From contig CBDCNP010000002.1 in assembly GCA_965219415.1 (NCBI GenBank), forward strand, positions 256,001 to 320,000: a stretch of DNA of 64,000 bases, written 5' to 3'. A program made the position numbers and the translations under genes. The notes beneath the pieces are model-generated. The model saw nothing but the letters and a program-made list of their open reading frames with translations, was not told where the DNA came from and did no database searches. How positions within the stretch are numbered: the stretch's first letter is position 1; each line of letters opens with the position of its first letter. Below, piece after piece: positions 21,477 to 31,644 of this stretch. This DNA comes from Candidatus Marinacidobacterales bacterium (GTDB taxonomy: Bacteria > Acidobacteriota > Vicinamibacteria > Marinacidobacterales > DATDRI01).

Positions 21477-22565
21477 ATGAAGAAGGTGATGATTCTCATC
21501 GGAACCCGAAAAGGTGGATTCCTCGCCTTTTCCGATCCCGACCGCAAGAAGTGGGATCTAAAGGGTCCCTTCTTCAAAGGCACGCAGGTTCACCATATGA
21601 CCTACGTCGGTGGCGATTTCGGTGCGGTCTGCGCCACGGTGAAGAACGAATGGTGGGGCCCGGACGTTCGAATCTCCAAGGAGCTCGGAGAGACCTGGCT
21701 GGAGCCGAAGAACGGAGTCCGGTTCGCAGAAGGGAGAGAGCTCTCCGTCGCCCGGGTGTGGATGATGAAGGGCGATCAACGAACCGGCGAGCCCGTTCTA
21801 TATGCCGGTGCCGATCCGGGAGCCCTCTTCAAGAGTGACGACGGCGGCCAGAACTGGGAAGAGGTTCGCTCTTTGACGGAGCATCCTACCCGCGACAAAT
21901 GGCAGCCGGGCGCCGGCGGAATGATGGTCCATTCCATTTGCCTCGACCCGGAGAACCGCGATCGGATGTTTGTCGGAATCTCGGCCGCTGGCGCCTTTCG
22001 GACCGACGACGGAGGAAAAACCTGGATGCCCAAAAACAAGGGGGTCCGTACCGATTTCCTGCCCGACAAGTTTCCCGAGGTCGGTCAATGTGTTCACCAC
22101 ATGGAGATGCATTCTTCGAATCCTTCCATCCTGTACCAGCAGAATCACTGCGGTGTCTACCGCTCGGAGAATGCGGGCGATGACTGGATCGACATCTCGG
22201 AAGGACTCCCCTCTCGATTCGGATTCCCCCTGACGGTCCACCCGCACAATGGAGACACTATTTACGTGTGCCCGGCGGAGTCGGATCAAAATCGTATGCT
22301 GCCCGATGGCACCCTGCGTATCTTCCGTAGCCGCGACCGGGGAAACTCGTGGGAAGCGCTCACCGAGGGCCTCCCGCAAACACAGGCGTATCAGCTCGTA
22401 TTGCGAGCCGCGATGGATACCGACACGCTCGACCCGGCCGGCGTTTACGTAGGGATGCAGGGCGGTCAGTTACTTGCTAGCCGCGATGAGGGAGATCACT
22501 GGGAGGTTCTGTTCAACTGGTTGCCGCCGGTCTATTCTGTGCAGACCGCGGTCGTGGAGGTATGA
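21477..22565 (+). CDS. BNR/Asp-box beta-propeller protein (sialidase-like/Ycf48-like)
   Basis: GTRKG, SDDGGQNW, TDDGGKTW, GQCVH, QQNHCGVYRS, GLPSRFGFP. Confidence 0.85.
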   Translation: MKKVMILIGTRKGGFLAFSDPDRKKWDLKGPFFKGTQVHHMTYVGGDFGAVCATVKNEWWGPDVRISKELGETWLEPKNGVRFAEGRELSVARVWMMKGDQRTGEPVLYAGADPGALFKSDDGGQNWEEVRSLTEHPTRDKWQPGAGGMMVHSICLDPENRDRMFVGISAAGAFRTDDGGKTWMPKNKGVRTDFLPDKFPEVGQCVHHMEMHSSNPSILYQQNHCGVYRSENAGDDWIDISEGLPSRFGFPLTVHPHNGDTIYVCPAESDQNRMLPDGTLRIFRSRDRGNSWEALTEGLPQTQAYQLVLRAAMDTDTLDPAGVYVGMQGGQLLASRDEGDHWEVLFNWLPPVYSVQTAVVEV

Positions 22566-22730
22566 CCCTCACCCGGCGTCTGAGTCGGTTGCTACCGGCA
22601 CGACATCTTTTGACGTCCGCAGTTCTCCCAGCCCGCCTACGCCGTCGGATGGTCCTCTACCGATGGCTACGGCGAGGTCTCGCCGAAGCTCTAGCGAATT
22701 CGCGCTAGCGAAGGCGGAAGGGAGAGGGGG
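22566..22730. repeat. Structured intergenic repeat (CCCTCACCC...CTCCC/GGGAGAGGG type) with nested hairpins
   Basis: Shares ccctcacccggcgtctg-N14-ggcacgNcNtcttttgacgNcc...ctccc...gggagaggg with 52068-52141. It lies between convergent genes. Confidence 0.75.
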
Positions 22731-22753
22731 TAACGGAAGGAAGCCAACCTTTT

Positions 22754-24148
22754 TCAGCGGCCTAAGGCGGCCAGCATTTCCTCGACGGTCGTGAACTTGA
22801 CCCGCGGCCGCCCTTCTTCGTTGCCCTTACCAACCTCTATTTCGTCCAGCTTCTGCCAATCCTTCCACGAAACGAAGTTTGGTTTGCGCTCCCGCAGGAG
22901 CCTTTCGGCAGCTGCCGGCTCAGCCTCCGCCGGCGTCAGCGTGGAGCCGCTTGCGAGATCTTCCATCATGCAGTTCACGGTCTCCAACGCGTCAGGCTTG
23001 TTGGTGCCAATGACCCCACTGGGACCCCGTTTGATCCACCCTGCGGTGTAGAGTCCGGTAACGGGCTCTTTCGACTCGGGCTCGATCACTCTCCCCTTTT
23101 CGTTGAGTATCACCCCCCACTTCTCGCTGAACGGGACACCGGAGAGCGGCACGCCCCGGTACCCTACCGAGCGAAACACGAGACCGACCGGCAGCTCTTC
23201 GAAGGTTTCCGTCTCTCGAGGGCGGAGAGTTCCTGTCTCGGTGGCGTAGAGCTCGTTCTTGACAATCTTCATACTAGCGACCTCACCGGCGTCATTGCCG
23301 ATTAGCTCTACCGGTGAAACGAGAAAGCGTAGGATGAGCCTTCGGGGCTTCCCCGACTCCTTGCGAGCCGCATACTCTTGAAGGATTTCTACCTTCCTCG
23401 CCGCCGACTTCTCCTCTTCCACCGATTGCTTACTAAGAGCATCCAGCTCGGCTTCCTCGGGCAAGACGACGATGTCCGCGCCAGGCATCTCGCCGAGCTC
23501 CTTGATCTCGGGATTCGTGAACGCAGCCTGCGCCGGACCTCGTCGACCGAGCATGTAGACTTCCTTGATCCGGCTCCCACGTAATTCCTTCTCGGCATAA
23601 TCCGCGATATCGGTCTCAGCCAGCTCCTCCGAAGTGCGGCACAGGATCCGAGCCACGTCCACTGCCACGTTTCCGACTCCCACCACCGCCGCCCGTTCCT
23701 GTGACAAATCGAACTTGCGATCCCGATAGTCGGGGTGCCCGTTGTACCAAGCAACGAACTCGGTCGCGGCGTGACTCCCCTCGAGGTCCTCTCCCGGAAC
23801 GCCGAGGCTCCGGTCGGTCTGAGCCCCGGTCGTGAAAACGACCTGGTGGTAATGAGCTCTCAAATCATCCAGCGTAATATCCGTACCGAATTCAACGTAA
23901 CCGTAGAAACGAAACCTGGGATTCGCTGCGGTGCGGTCGTAGGCCTTGGAGACCGACTTGATCTTCTGATGATCGGGTGCAACGCCTCCGCGCACCAAGC
24001 CGAACGGGGTAGGGAGTCGATCGTACATGTCGACCTCGATCGTTACGTCCTTCTGTTTGAACAGATGCTCAGTCGCATAGAAGCCGGTGGGCCCGGCGCC
24101 AACGATCGCTACACGAAGTGGGTTGCTTTCGGTTCCAATTTCTGCCAT
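22754..24148 (-). CDS. Ferredoxin-NADP+ reductase (FprA/adrenodoxin reductase type)
   Basis: GAGPTG, PFGLVRGGVAPDH, WYNGHPD, GVGNVAVDVAR, RRGPAQAAFT, GWIKRGPSGVIGTN. Confidence 0.93.
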   Translation of the reverse strand: MAEIGTESNPLRVAIVGAGPTGFYATEHLFKQKDVTIEVDMYDRLPTPFGLVRGGVAPDHQKIKSVSKAYDRTAANPRFRFYGYVEFGTDITLDDLRAHYHQVVFTTGAQTDRSLGVPGEDLEGSHAATEFVAWYNGHPDYRDRKFDLSQERAAVVGVGNVAVDVARILCRTSEELAETDIADYAEKELRGSRIKEVYMLGRRGPAQAAFTNPEIKELGEMPGADIVVLPEEAELDALSKQSVEEEKSAARKVEILQEYAARKESGKPRRLILRFLVSPVELIGNDAGEVASMKIVKNELYATETGTLRPRETETFEELPVGLVFRSVGYRGVPLSGVPFSEKWGVILNEKGRVIEPESKEPVTGLYTAGWIKRGPSGVIGTNKPDALETVNCMMEDLASGSTLTPAEAEPAAAERLLRERKPNFVSWKDWQKLDEIEVGKGNEEGRPRVKFTTVEEMLAALGR

Positions 24149-24172
24149 CTACGCTTTCCTTGAGGTCGGGGT

Positions 24173-24592
24173 TCAGATCTGATCGTCCAACGTTTCCAAC
24201 TCACCCTCGTATTCGTCTCTTTGTGCCTTCACTACGTCACCGATCGAAACGATCCCCACCAGCTTGCCCTGATCCATGATCGGCAAATAGCGAAAGCGTT
24301 TTTCGGTCATGGTGTGGAGCACCGGGCGCAAGGCGTCCTGAGGCACGCCAATGTGCACATCGGTGGTCATGAGGTCCTCGACGGTTTGAGAGAAGACTTG
24401 TTCGTTCTTGACCGCGGCCCGCACGATATCTCGTTCGGATAGAATCCCGACAGGTTGCCCTGCTTCGTCCACGGCGACCAAGGCGCCTATGTTGTGCTCG
24501 GCCAGCAACGCAATGGCCTCCCGAATCCGTCGCTCGGGACGGACGGTGATGACACCCGTCCCCTTCTTAGCCAAGATGGCTGCAACGTTCAT
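24173..24592 (-). CDS. CBS-pair protein
   Basis: IGALV, GILSERDIV, GIVSIGDVVK. Confidence 0.9.
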   Translation of the reverse strand: MNVAAILAKKGTGVITVRPERRIREAIALLAEHNIGALVAVDEAGQPVGILSERDIVRAAVKNEQVFSQTVEDLMTTDVHIGVPQDALRPVLHTMTEKRFRYLPIMDQGKLVGIVSIGDVVKAQRDEYEGELETLDDQI

Positions 24593-24617
24593 GTGACACC
24601 TCCGGTAGGTCTTCTTT

Positions 24618-25088
24618 CTACCTTACACCCCCACTCCTGACCGCGACACCATGTCGATAGACGAGCTCGCCCCCCCGGCCAGTAGTCTCGAAAAGCAGCC
24701 ACTGTCCTCCAACCGCGAGCGCAAGCGCGATGAGGCGTAGCCGACTGCGGCTTAGCACCGGTTTCTGGCGGTCCCGCCACGCGACTTCGACGCGAAGTAT
24801 CGCGATCCCTATGAAGGCCACGATAGTGGCAAAGGCCCAATCCCCGTGGTTCGCGATCAGTTGCTCGACCTCCGAAGAAACCCCCTCTGCCTGGACGGCG
24901 GCGAGTTTTCCCGCGACGACCGCAGCCCCCGCCCCCAGCATTCCGAAGCCGTAGAGCGCAACTGCAGCCCGGTCCAACCAAACGAACCGGCGCATCACGA
25001 TGCACGCCACGTCGAAAAGCAGTGCCGCCAGGAAGAGTGCGATCGGATAGTGAACTAGCAGCGGGTGCAGGTTCGGCACAGATTCCAA
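24618..25088 (-). CDS. DUF2231 family membrane protein
   Basis: NLHPLLVHYPIAL, four hydrophobic helices, GGELVY.HG. Confidence 0.8.
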   Translation of the reverse strand: MESVPNLHPLLVHYPIALFLAALLFDVACIVMRRFVWLDRAAVALYGFGMLGAGAAVVAGKLAAVQAEGVSSEVEQLIANHGDWAFATIVAFIGIAILRVEVAWRDRQKPVLSRSRLRLIALALAVGGQWLLFETTGRGGELVYRHGVAVRSGGVR

Positions 25089-25237
25089 AGGGATTTTCCT
25101 GACTGAGTCTAGGTGGGAGATACCGGCCGATCGATGTCGTGAGTCAAGCCCATTCTTAGTTGAAACTCTCCACGGCTCACGTTTAAGCGGACTGGGCCTG
25201 CTTCGTTTCAGTGGACACCTAACGAACGGAGAGGTAT

Positions 25238-25549
25238 ATGGGTGTTCAGATGGCAGAAAAAAAGAAACGTCGGCAGTTCACGAAGGAATTTCGAGCAGAG
25301 GCAGTGCAGCTGGTTCGGGAGAGCGGCAAGGCAGTGAGCGTGGTAGCCCGGGATATCGATGTGACGGAGACGTCGCTTTATGCCTGGGTGAGGCAGGACA
25401 GGATCGACCGTGGTGAAGGCGGTCCCGGAACCCTGACGAGCGAGGAACTCGAAGAACTGCGTGGCTTCCGAAAGGAAGTTCGGGAGCTTCGGATGGAGCG
25501 TGACTTTCTAAAAAAAACGGCGGCGTACTTCGCGAGCATGAAGAAATGA
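25238..25549 (+). CDS. IS3 OrfA (HTH)
   Basis: RRQFTKEFRAEAV, ELRMERDFLKK; A8 run at 25510-25517 is a typical IS3 frameshift window. Confidence 0.9.
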   Translation: MGVQMAEKKKRRQFTKEFRAEAVQLVRESGKAVSVVARDIDVTETSLYAWVRQDRIDRGEGGPGTLTSEELEELRGFRKEVRELRMERDFLKKTAAYFASMKK

Positions 25550-26415
25550 AGTTCGCAGCGATTCGGATCCAAAGCGAGGAGTTCCACGTTTCGTGGATGT
25601 GCCGGCTGCTCCAGGTTTCTCGGAGCGGCTACTATGCGTGGCTGAGGCGGAAGCCCAGCCGCCGTGAACGAGATGACCTGCGCCTGTCCGTAAAAATCGT
25701 TGCGTTCTTCCGAGCCAACCGCGGAGTTTACGGAAGTCCTCGTGTTGTGGACGAACTCCGTGCGGATGGTGAGTCTGTTGGGCGTCGGCGCGTTGCTCGC
25801 ATCATGAGAGAGAAAGGCCTGTGCGCGCGCCTGCCGAGACGTTCTCGGAAGACGACGGATTCGTCGCACTCGCGCCCCGTAGCTCGAGACCTCGTGCAGC
25901 GCCAGTTCTTGCCGAAGACCCCCAACGAAGTCTGGGCTGCGGACATCACCTACATCCGAACGTGGGAAGGCTGGTTGTATTTGGCCGTGGTCATGGACCT
26001 ATTTTCGAGGCGCGTGATCGGTTGGGCGGTGGCGAATCATCTTCGCCGCAGAGCTCGCTGTCTCGGCGCTTCAGATGGCGGTGCGTCACCGACGACCACC
26101 GCGTGGGATGGTTCATCATTCGGACCGTGGCGTGCAGTATGCGAGCAGAGACTACCGCGCGTTCTTGCGACGCCACGGAATCGAGTGCAGCATGAGTCGA
26201 AAGGGCGACTGCTGGGACAATGCCGTCGTCGAGAGTTTCTTCGGCACGCTGAAAACCGAATCTCTCTACCGACTCGTTCTGCCGACTCGAGCGCAGGCGC
26301 GATGGGCTACCGTCGACTACATCACCAATTTCTTACAACCCGAGGCGACGGCACTCAACGCTCCGGAACGTCAGTCTCATCGAGTTCGAACTTAGACTCT
26401 TGGAAGCAAACCGGT
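25546..26415 (+). CDS. IS3 OrfB (DDE integrase core), frameshifted; last codons cut off by the inner IS
   Basis: [45 protein letters not shown]. The tail (FA*) lies after 27791. Confidence 0.88.
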
Positions 26416-27783
26416 GGATGTGTCCCGAGGTCCGTGGAAAAAGAACGGCGCCCTCCACTCCGTCATCAGAGTATCGTATCAGGCGGCAACCTCCGCGTGT
26501 TCGAGAACCTCGCTCAGACGTTGGTAGCCGTCGATGCGTCGTAGTTGAATCTGGCCAGAGGCGATAAGCCCAAACAGCAAAGCGACCGCAGACTCCTCGC
26601 TGGAGAACGACGCTTGAGTTTTCGTCCGGCGTCGAAACTCGAGGTTGAGATTCTCCAGAGCATTGGTCGTTCGAGTCGATTTCCACATGGCACGAGGGAA
26701 TTCGTAGAAGGTCAGCAGCTGATTACCGGCCTCCTCTAGGCTTCGGACGACGGCCGGCGCGAGAGGCGTCCACTTGGCGACGAGCTCGTCATAGGCTTTG
26801 CGAGCATCGATCCCGTTCTTGGCGTAGACGATCCGGTTGTAGTCACGCCGGAGCTCACGGCGTGCGTGCGCCGGGCAATGTTGGAGCAAGTTGGCGCGCT
26901 TGTGCTCGGTACATCGCTGCAACCGGCACCCCGGCCACTTCTCCAGCGCTTTCGTCAGCCCCTTGTGGCCGTCGCTGATCACTAGCTTGGGAGCCCGGAG
27001 TCCTCGAGCCTGGAGTCCCTTCAGCACGGAGCCCCAATGCGTCGAGGCTTCGCTCACCGCCAGACGCAATGACAACAGACGTTTGTGCCCGTCTGGCGCG
27101 ACCCCGAGCGCGGCCAGTACGGGTACGCTGATCACACGTTTCGCCATCCGCACTTTCAGGTGGAAGCCGTCCAGGTAAACGATCGCGTAGACCTCCTCGC
27201 TGAGAGCACGGTTCTGCCATTCCTCGAAGCGCTCCTTCAGTCGGCTAACCACGCGAGACACCGCGCTCTTCGATAGGTGCTCCTCACCGAGCAGTGGTTT
27301 CAGCGCTTTGTGGACCCGGCGGCTATTCGCGCCCGACAAGTACGTCCCCAAGAGCGCCTCGTCGACCTCACGAGTCCGGCGCGCGTACCGGGGCAACAGC
27401 TCGCTCCTGAACTCTGTCGTTTCTCCCGTTTCCTCGTCTCGCACGCGGGCTCGTGGCACCCGGAGCTCGCGAGTTCCCACCGACGTCGTCACGCGACGGG
27501 TTTCGGCTCCGTTGCGATATCCACGGCGGTCTTCCGCACGCTCGTAGCTACAACACCCCAGCGCTTGGTCGACTTCTTCCTCGAGCACAACCTCGATCGC
27601 CTCCAGTACCCGCATACGCAGCCGAAGTTGGACGAACTCCCGGTACTCGCTTACAGACTCCTTCAATATGGGTGGTAGGCTTCTTCATGGCGTAATCCTC
27701 CTCCTCGCCTTTCCAGGCGCGGTTTCGTTTTGCTTAACCGGAGGTTACGCCATTCTTATTTCCACGGGAAGCGGGACGGATCC
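26416..27783 (-). mobile_element. IS256-family element type B inserted in the IS3
   Basis: IR ggatgtgtcccgaggtccgtggaaaaagaacggcg versus ggatccgtcccgcttcccgtggaaataagaatggcg; 8-bp TSD aaaccggt at 26408-26415 and 27784-27791. Confidence 0.92.
26479..27688 (-). CDS. IS256 transposase (RBS and ATG at 27688 are out of frame with the 27666 ORF)
   Basis: GYRNG, VYLDG, ISDGHKGL, QRCTEHK, TTNALENLN. Confidence 0.9.
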
Positions 27784-27827
27784 AAACCGGTTTGCATAGT
27801 CAACTTGTCCACCAAACCGGAGCAAGC

Positions 27828-29117
27828 TCAGACCTTCTTCTTCGATACGGTTGATGTCTTCGCCTCGATCTTCAGTTCCCGCTTGAGAGCTTCGCGAAGC
27901 TTGGGAAGATGGCGGTAGCCCACCACCTTCCTCAAGCGCGGTTCGATGTCTACGAGCGCCGTTGCCAACCAGCGCTGGCGTTGGCTCGAGTTCTTCCAGT
28001 GGTCGACCTTCGCGCAGCGTTCCTCGACGAGAGCATTGACGGACTCAAGGCAGTTCGTCGTCTTGAACGAACGGCCCAGCACCGCGTGCACGCCGAGTCG
28101 ATGCAACGTCAGCGTCTCCTCGAGGCCTTCCTCCAGGCTGCCAGCTGCGGATTGGTTCCGCTCTTCTAACTCACCGTGGAGTTGCTCGAGCGCAGTGAGG
28201 GCCTCTTCGTACTCCGGCCTGTTGTAGGCCCACTGGAGCCGCTTGCGCCATGACGCCTGCTCGCCCTTGGACAGGTAGCTCACTACGTTTTCACGTTTGT
28301 GCCACTGGCAGCGTTGTATCAGGGCCCGCTTACGGAATGCCTTCTTGACTGCCGCTTGGAGACCCTTGCCGCCGTCGATGATCACCAGCAGACCCTGGGA
28401 GATATCGAGTCCCCGCTCGAGCAGTGAACGCAGGAACGGCGTCAACACCTGCGCGTTCTCCGTGTCCGTCTCCACGAAGCCCAAGAAGCGTTTTTCCCCG
28501 CAAAGCGTGATGCCCAGAGCCACGACCATCGTTGCCTCGGCGAATGTCTTCCCATCCAGAAACAGCGCCACCACATCCTCGCCGGTCAGATCCCGTTCCT
28601 GCATCTCCCGCAGCTTCGCAGCGCTCGCTTGCACGAACCCTCGGGACACCGTTGAGCTCGACAGCCCGATGGCGCCCGGAATCGCTTCCGCTGCCGCCTC
28701 GTAGTTGCGACAAGAGATTCCGTAGAGAACTCGTTTCAGCAGAAGATCATTCACCTCACCGCCGTGGCTCACCGCCTCGTAGCAGCGAAGCGGAATCTCT
28801 CCTCCCTCGATGCTCCGAACCCGTGGCACACGGATCGGTACCCGCTGGCCGCCAAGCCCTACCGTGCCCGGGTTGCTTCCGGGACGGCGACCGCGCTCCA
28901 GCTCGTCCTTGCGAGAGTATCGCTCTCCCGCCAACGCCTTCACTTCGTCGTCGAGCAACTCGTGAACGTGCATTAGACCAAGGGGGACCAACCAACGGAT
29001 CATCTCTACCTTGGCGTCCAGCGCGAGTTCCCCGTAATCCTCGTGCCTCACCATCTCGACCTCACCCAAACGACGCGACTTCTTGCGTTTCTTGACCGAA
29101 CGTAGCAGACTTCCCAT
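27828..29117 (-). CDS. IS256 type A transposase (429 aa; stop supplied by the IS3 end)
   Basis: Near-identical to 18281-19573. Confidence 0.92.
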   Translation of the reverse strand: MGSLLRSVKKRKKSRRLGEVEMVRHEDYGELALDAKVEMIRWLVPLGLMHVHELLDDEVKALAGERYSRKDELERGRRPGSNPGTVGLGGQRVPIRVPRVRSIEGGEIPLRCYEAVSHGGEVNDLLLKRVLYGISCRNYEAAAEAIPGAIGLSSSTVSRGFVQASAAKLREMQERDLTGEDVVALFLDGKTFAEATMVVALGITLCGEKRFLGFVETDTENAQVLTPFLRSLLERGLDISQGLLVIIDGGKGLQAAVKKAFRKRALIQRCQWHKRENVVSYLSKGEQASWRKRLQWAYNRPEYEEALTALEQLHGELEERNQSAAGSLEEGLEETLTLHRLGVHAVLGRSFKTTNCLESVNALVEERCAKVDHWKNSSQRQRWLATALVDIEPRLRKVVGYRHLPKLREALKRELKIEAKTSTVSKKKV

Positions 29118-29266
29118 CTCGGCTCCTTTCTTCGCGGCTTGATTTTGTTTTGTCCAACGCCATCAAACCACGGGGTTTGGAGCCGTTTCAATTCCCAACT
29201 AAGATTGGCACACTTTCGATGTCGTCATCATGGAGGTCCAAACCCCGCCGGTCCGCCAAATAAGAA

Positions 29267-30647
29267 GGGTTTACGCGGATTCGTGTGGGTAAGTTCTGAC
29301 GGAAAAACAGTGTAACTCATTGTGTGGAAAAGGTATCGAGTACTTCATCAGGTGCTGAAAAGTGGTCCATTTTTAGGATAAGCTAACCGAGTGAAAAATT
29401 CCCAGTCGATCCGCTCGCTGTTTGCGCTGCCAGGTTTCGTGGTTGGTGCCGGATTGAAGGGTCTATTCGGTGACCGATACGCCCGCGTCATCCAGCTCAA
29501 GAGGCGAAAAAAACAGCTGTGTGCTCTTACTGTGGGCAACGGTGCCGGGGGCGCTATGACACAAGTGTGCCGGGTCCGCGACCTGTCGTTGGCAGGCTGG
29601 CGGATCTATCTGGAATACGAGCGTCGGCGCGTCAACTGTTCTGGGTGCGGCGGTGTGCATGTAGAACACCTAGACTGGCTGGCGAACAACTCGCGCTACA
29701 CCCAGCGTTTTGCGGCGCATGTGGGCAAACTGTGCCGGGATATGCCGAACAAGGCGGTGGCCGAGATGGAACGTCTGCACCACGGTACGGTGAAGGCTCT
29801 GGATACGCTCTACATGCAAGAGCAGGTCGACCGGGCGGGGCTACCGGCGCCTCGGGCCATCGGTGTCGATGAGATCTCCATCCGCAAGGGACATAACTAT
29901 CGCGTCATTGTCAGCGACCTGGAGCGGGCGCGTCCCATCTGGGTGGGCGGTGAGGGTCGCAAAGAAACCGACATCGATTTGTTCTTCAAGGCGCTGGGCG
30001 GAAAGAAAAGCGCCCGTATCAAGCTGCCGCCATGGATATGTGGAAGCCCTTCCGGAACTCGGTGATTCACAACGCGCCTAATGCGCGGATCATCTCCGAC
30101 AAGTTTCATATCATGCGTCATCTGTCAAAGGCCCTCGATGAGGTCCGGCGCGGTGAGTACAAACGCCTCAGCGGCAAGGACCGGTCGTACATCAAGGGGC
30201 AGCGTTACACTTTGCTTTCCCGGCGGGAGAACCTGAGCCTAGACGGTCGCCGCGCACTCAAAAAGTTGCTCCAGGCCAACCGGCGCCTGAACACCGCCTA
30301 TATTTTGAAGGAGGCCTTCGGGCAACTCTGGGATTACCGCACCGAACGCGGCGCTCGCGCCTTTTTCACCCGTTGGAAAGACAGCCTCAAATGGCAACGC
30401 CTGCATCCGTACCAGAAGTTCGCCGGTATGATTGAGTCCCATTGGGATGGTATCGCCTCCTACTGTCATCCGGAGAACAAAGTCAGTCTCGGCCTAGTTG
30501 AAGGGGTCAACAACAAAATCCGTGTTCTGCAACGACGCGCCTACGGCTATCGCGACGAGGAATATCTCAAGCTGAAGATCGTGGCGGCTTTCCTTCCGCC
30601 ATTACCCAGAAATGCAGTTTTCAACCCACACGAATCCGCGTAGACCC
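29267..30647 (+). mobile_element. ISL3-family IS, copy 2
   Basis: Same IRs as copy 1; 8-bp TSD aataagaa at 29259-29266 and 30648-30655. Confidence 0.95.
29391..30643 (+). CDS. ISL3 transposase (2-bp-deletion variant; missing G near 30026)
   Basis: Near-identical to copy 1. Confidence 0.9.
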
Positions 30648-31076
30648 AATAAGAAAGGATGCCTTTATCCTTCATCCGTCGGGCAAATTCCGAACTATCG
30701 GCGAAGCTTTCTCGGCTCGAGCCGTTTGCTGGCCTGTTTCGTTGTCTCTATTTTCCGTCGCAGCCCAGGAGATAAATAGAGAGAAAAGTGTCACCGCGGT
30801 CAAGCTCTCGCTGATACCGGGCAAGCTTGTTCTCAAATGCTTCAACTGCGTGTTTACACCCATTTCCGCCTTCCCTATTAGGTTTAGGGCAACAGACACT
30901 CAACATCCACTTTAGCACTCATCTGAACATCAATCACTTACGGCGATGGGACTGAATGGAAGGTCTCCTTATCTCCTTCTGGCACCCAAATCACGCGGTT
31001 GCTCACCATCCGGCGTGGTCAGGGGCTCCTTCCAAGGGAGCCCCGAATAGTTTCGAGACAGGCTTCCGCCCTGACG

Positions 31077-31508
31077 TCAATGGGTGGCCGCGGCCCCCCC
31101 CCAGGGGGGTGGCATCTCGAACGTCGGCGAGTGATCGGGAAGGCCACTACCATGACAGTTGCGGCATGTTCGCTCAGTGGGATCGACCAAACCGGCCTCT
31201 CGGACTTTGTCGGGGTCAATCATGATCTCCGCGAGCCAGTAGTTGCCGCCGGCACCGTGACAAGACTCGCATTGCACTCCGGGGAAAACCGCCGGCCCGG
31301 TGGTATGACAACGAAGGCAACTCGGGGAGGGACTTTCGACACCGAGGCTATCGGTAGCCCGGGCGTGTGCGGTCGCGCGCCAACTCACATAGGTGGAGCG
31401 GTGACAGAGCTTGCAGCGCTCCGCGCCGACGAAGGCGGTCTCGTTAACGCCCAAACAAAGGAGGGAAGAGACCACAATGAGGCAACGAGTGGTGAAAGCA
31501 TTCGACAT
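31077..31508 (-). CDS. Small tetraheme cytochrome c (c554-like)
   Basis: Signal-like N-terminus and four CxxCH motifs (CKLCH, CLRCH, CESCH, CRNCH); GAERC..CH, W..T.HA, GVQCESCHG. Confidence 0.85.
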   Translation of the reverse strand: MSNAFTTRCLIVVSSLLCLGVNETAFVGAERCKLCHRSTYVSWRATAHARATDSLGVESPSPSCLRCHTTGPAVFPGVQCESCHGAGGNYWLAEIMIDPDKVREAGLVDPTERTCRNCHGSGLPDHSPTFEMPPPWGGAAATH

Positions 31509-31644
31509 CCTTTTCCTTGTGATCGCTTAGCACGGCTGAACCCGAGACGTCAAGACGTCGAGTCAGCCATCGAGATAGTCGAAAAGAGGAGCGCGACCTC
31601 CTCCCCTCGGCATCCGTCTGCCCGATTCGAACGTTTCGGAGTCC

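Larger units (their letters stand above)
25193..27830 (+). mobile_element. IS3-family element inserted in the IS256 type A copy 2
   Basis: TG...CA ends; imperfect IR tgggcctgcttcgtttcagtggaca versus tgagcttgctccggtttggtggaca; 3-bp TSD gac. Confidence 0.9.
25141..29217 (-). mobile_element. IS256-family element type A, copy 2, carrying two nested ISs
   Basis: Same ends as 18239-19673; 8-bp TSD gatgtcgt at 25133-25140 and 29218-29225. Confidence 0.92.

Noticed and set aside
18239-29217. Composite transposon bounded by the two IS256-A copies
   Set aside because: Each copy has its own distinct TSD (gttttagc, gatgtcgt), so they are independent insertions.
30656-31076. AT-richer stretch with short ORFs
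   Set aside because: No recognisable motif, RBS or RNA structure; treated as intergenic.
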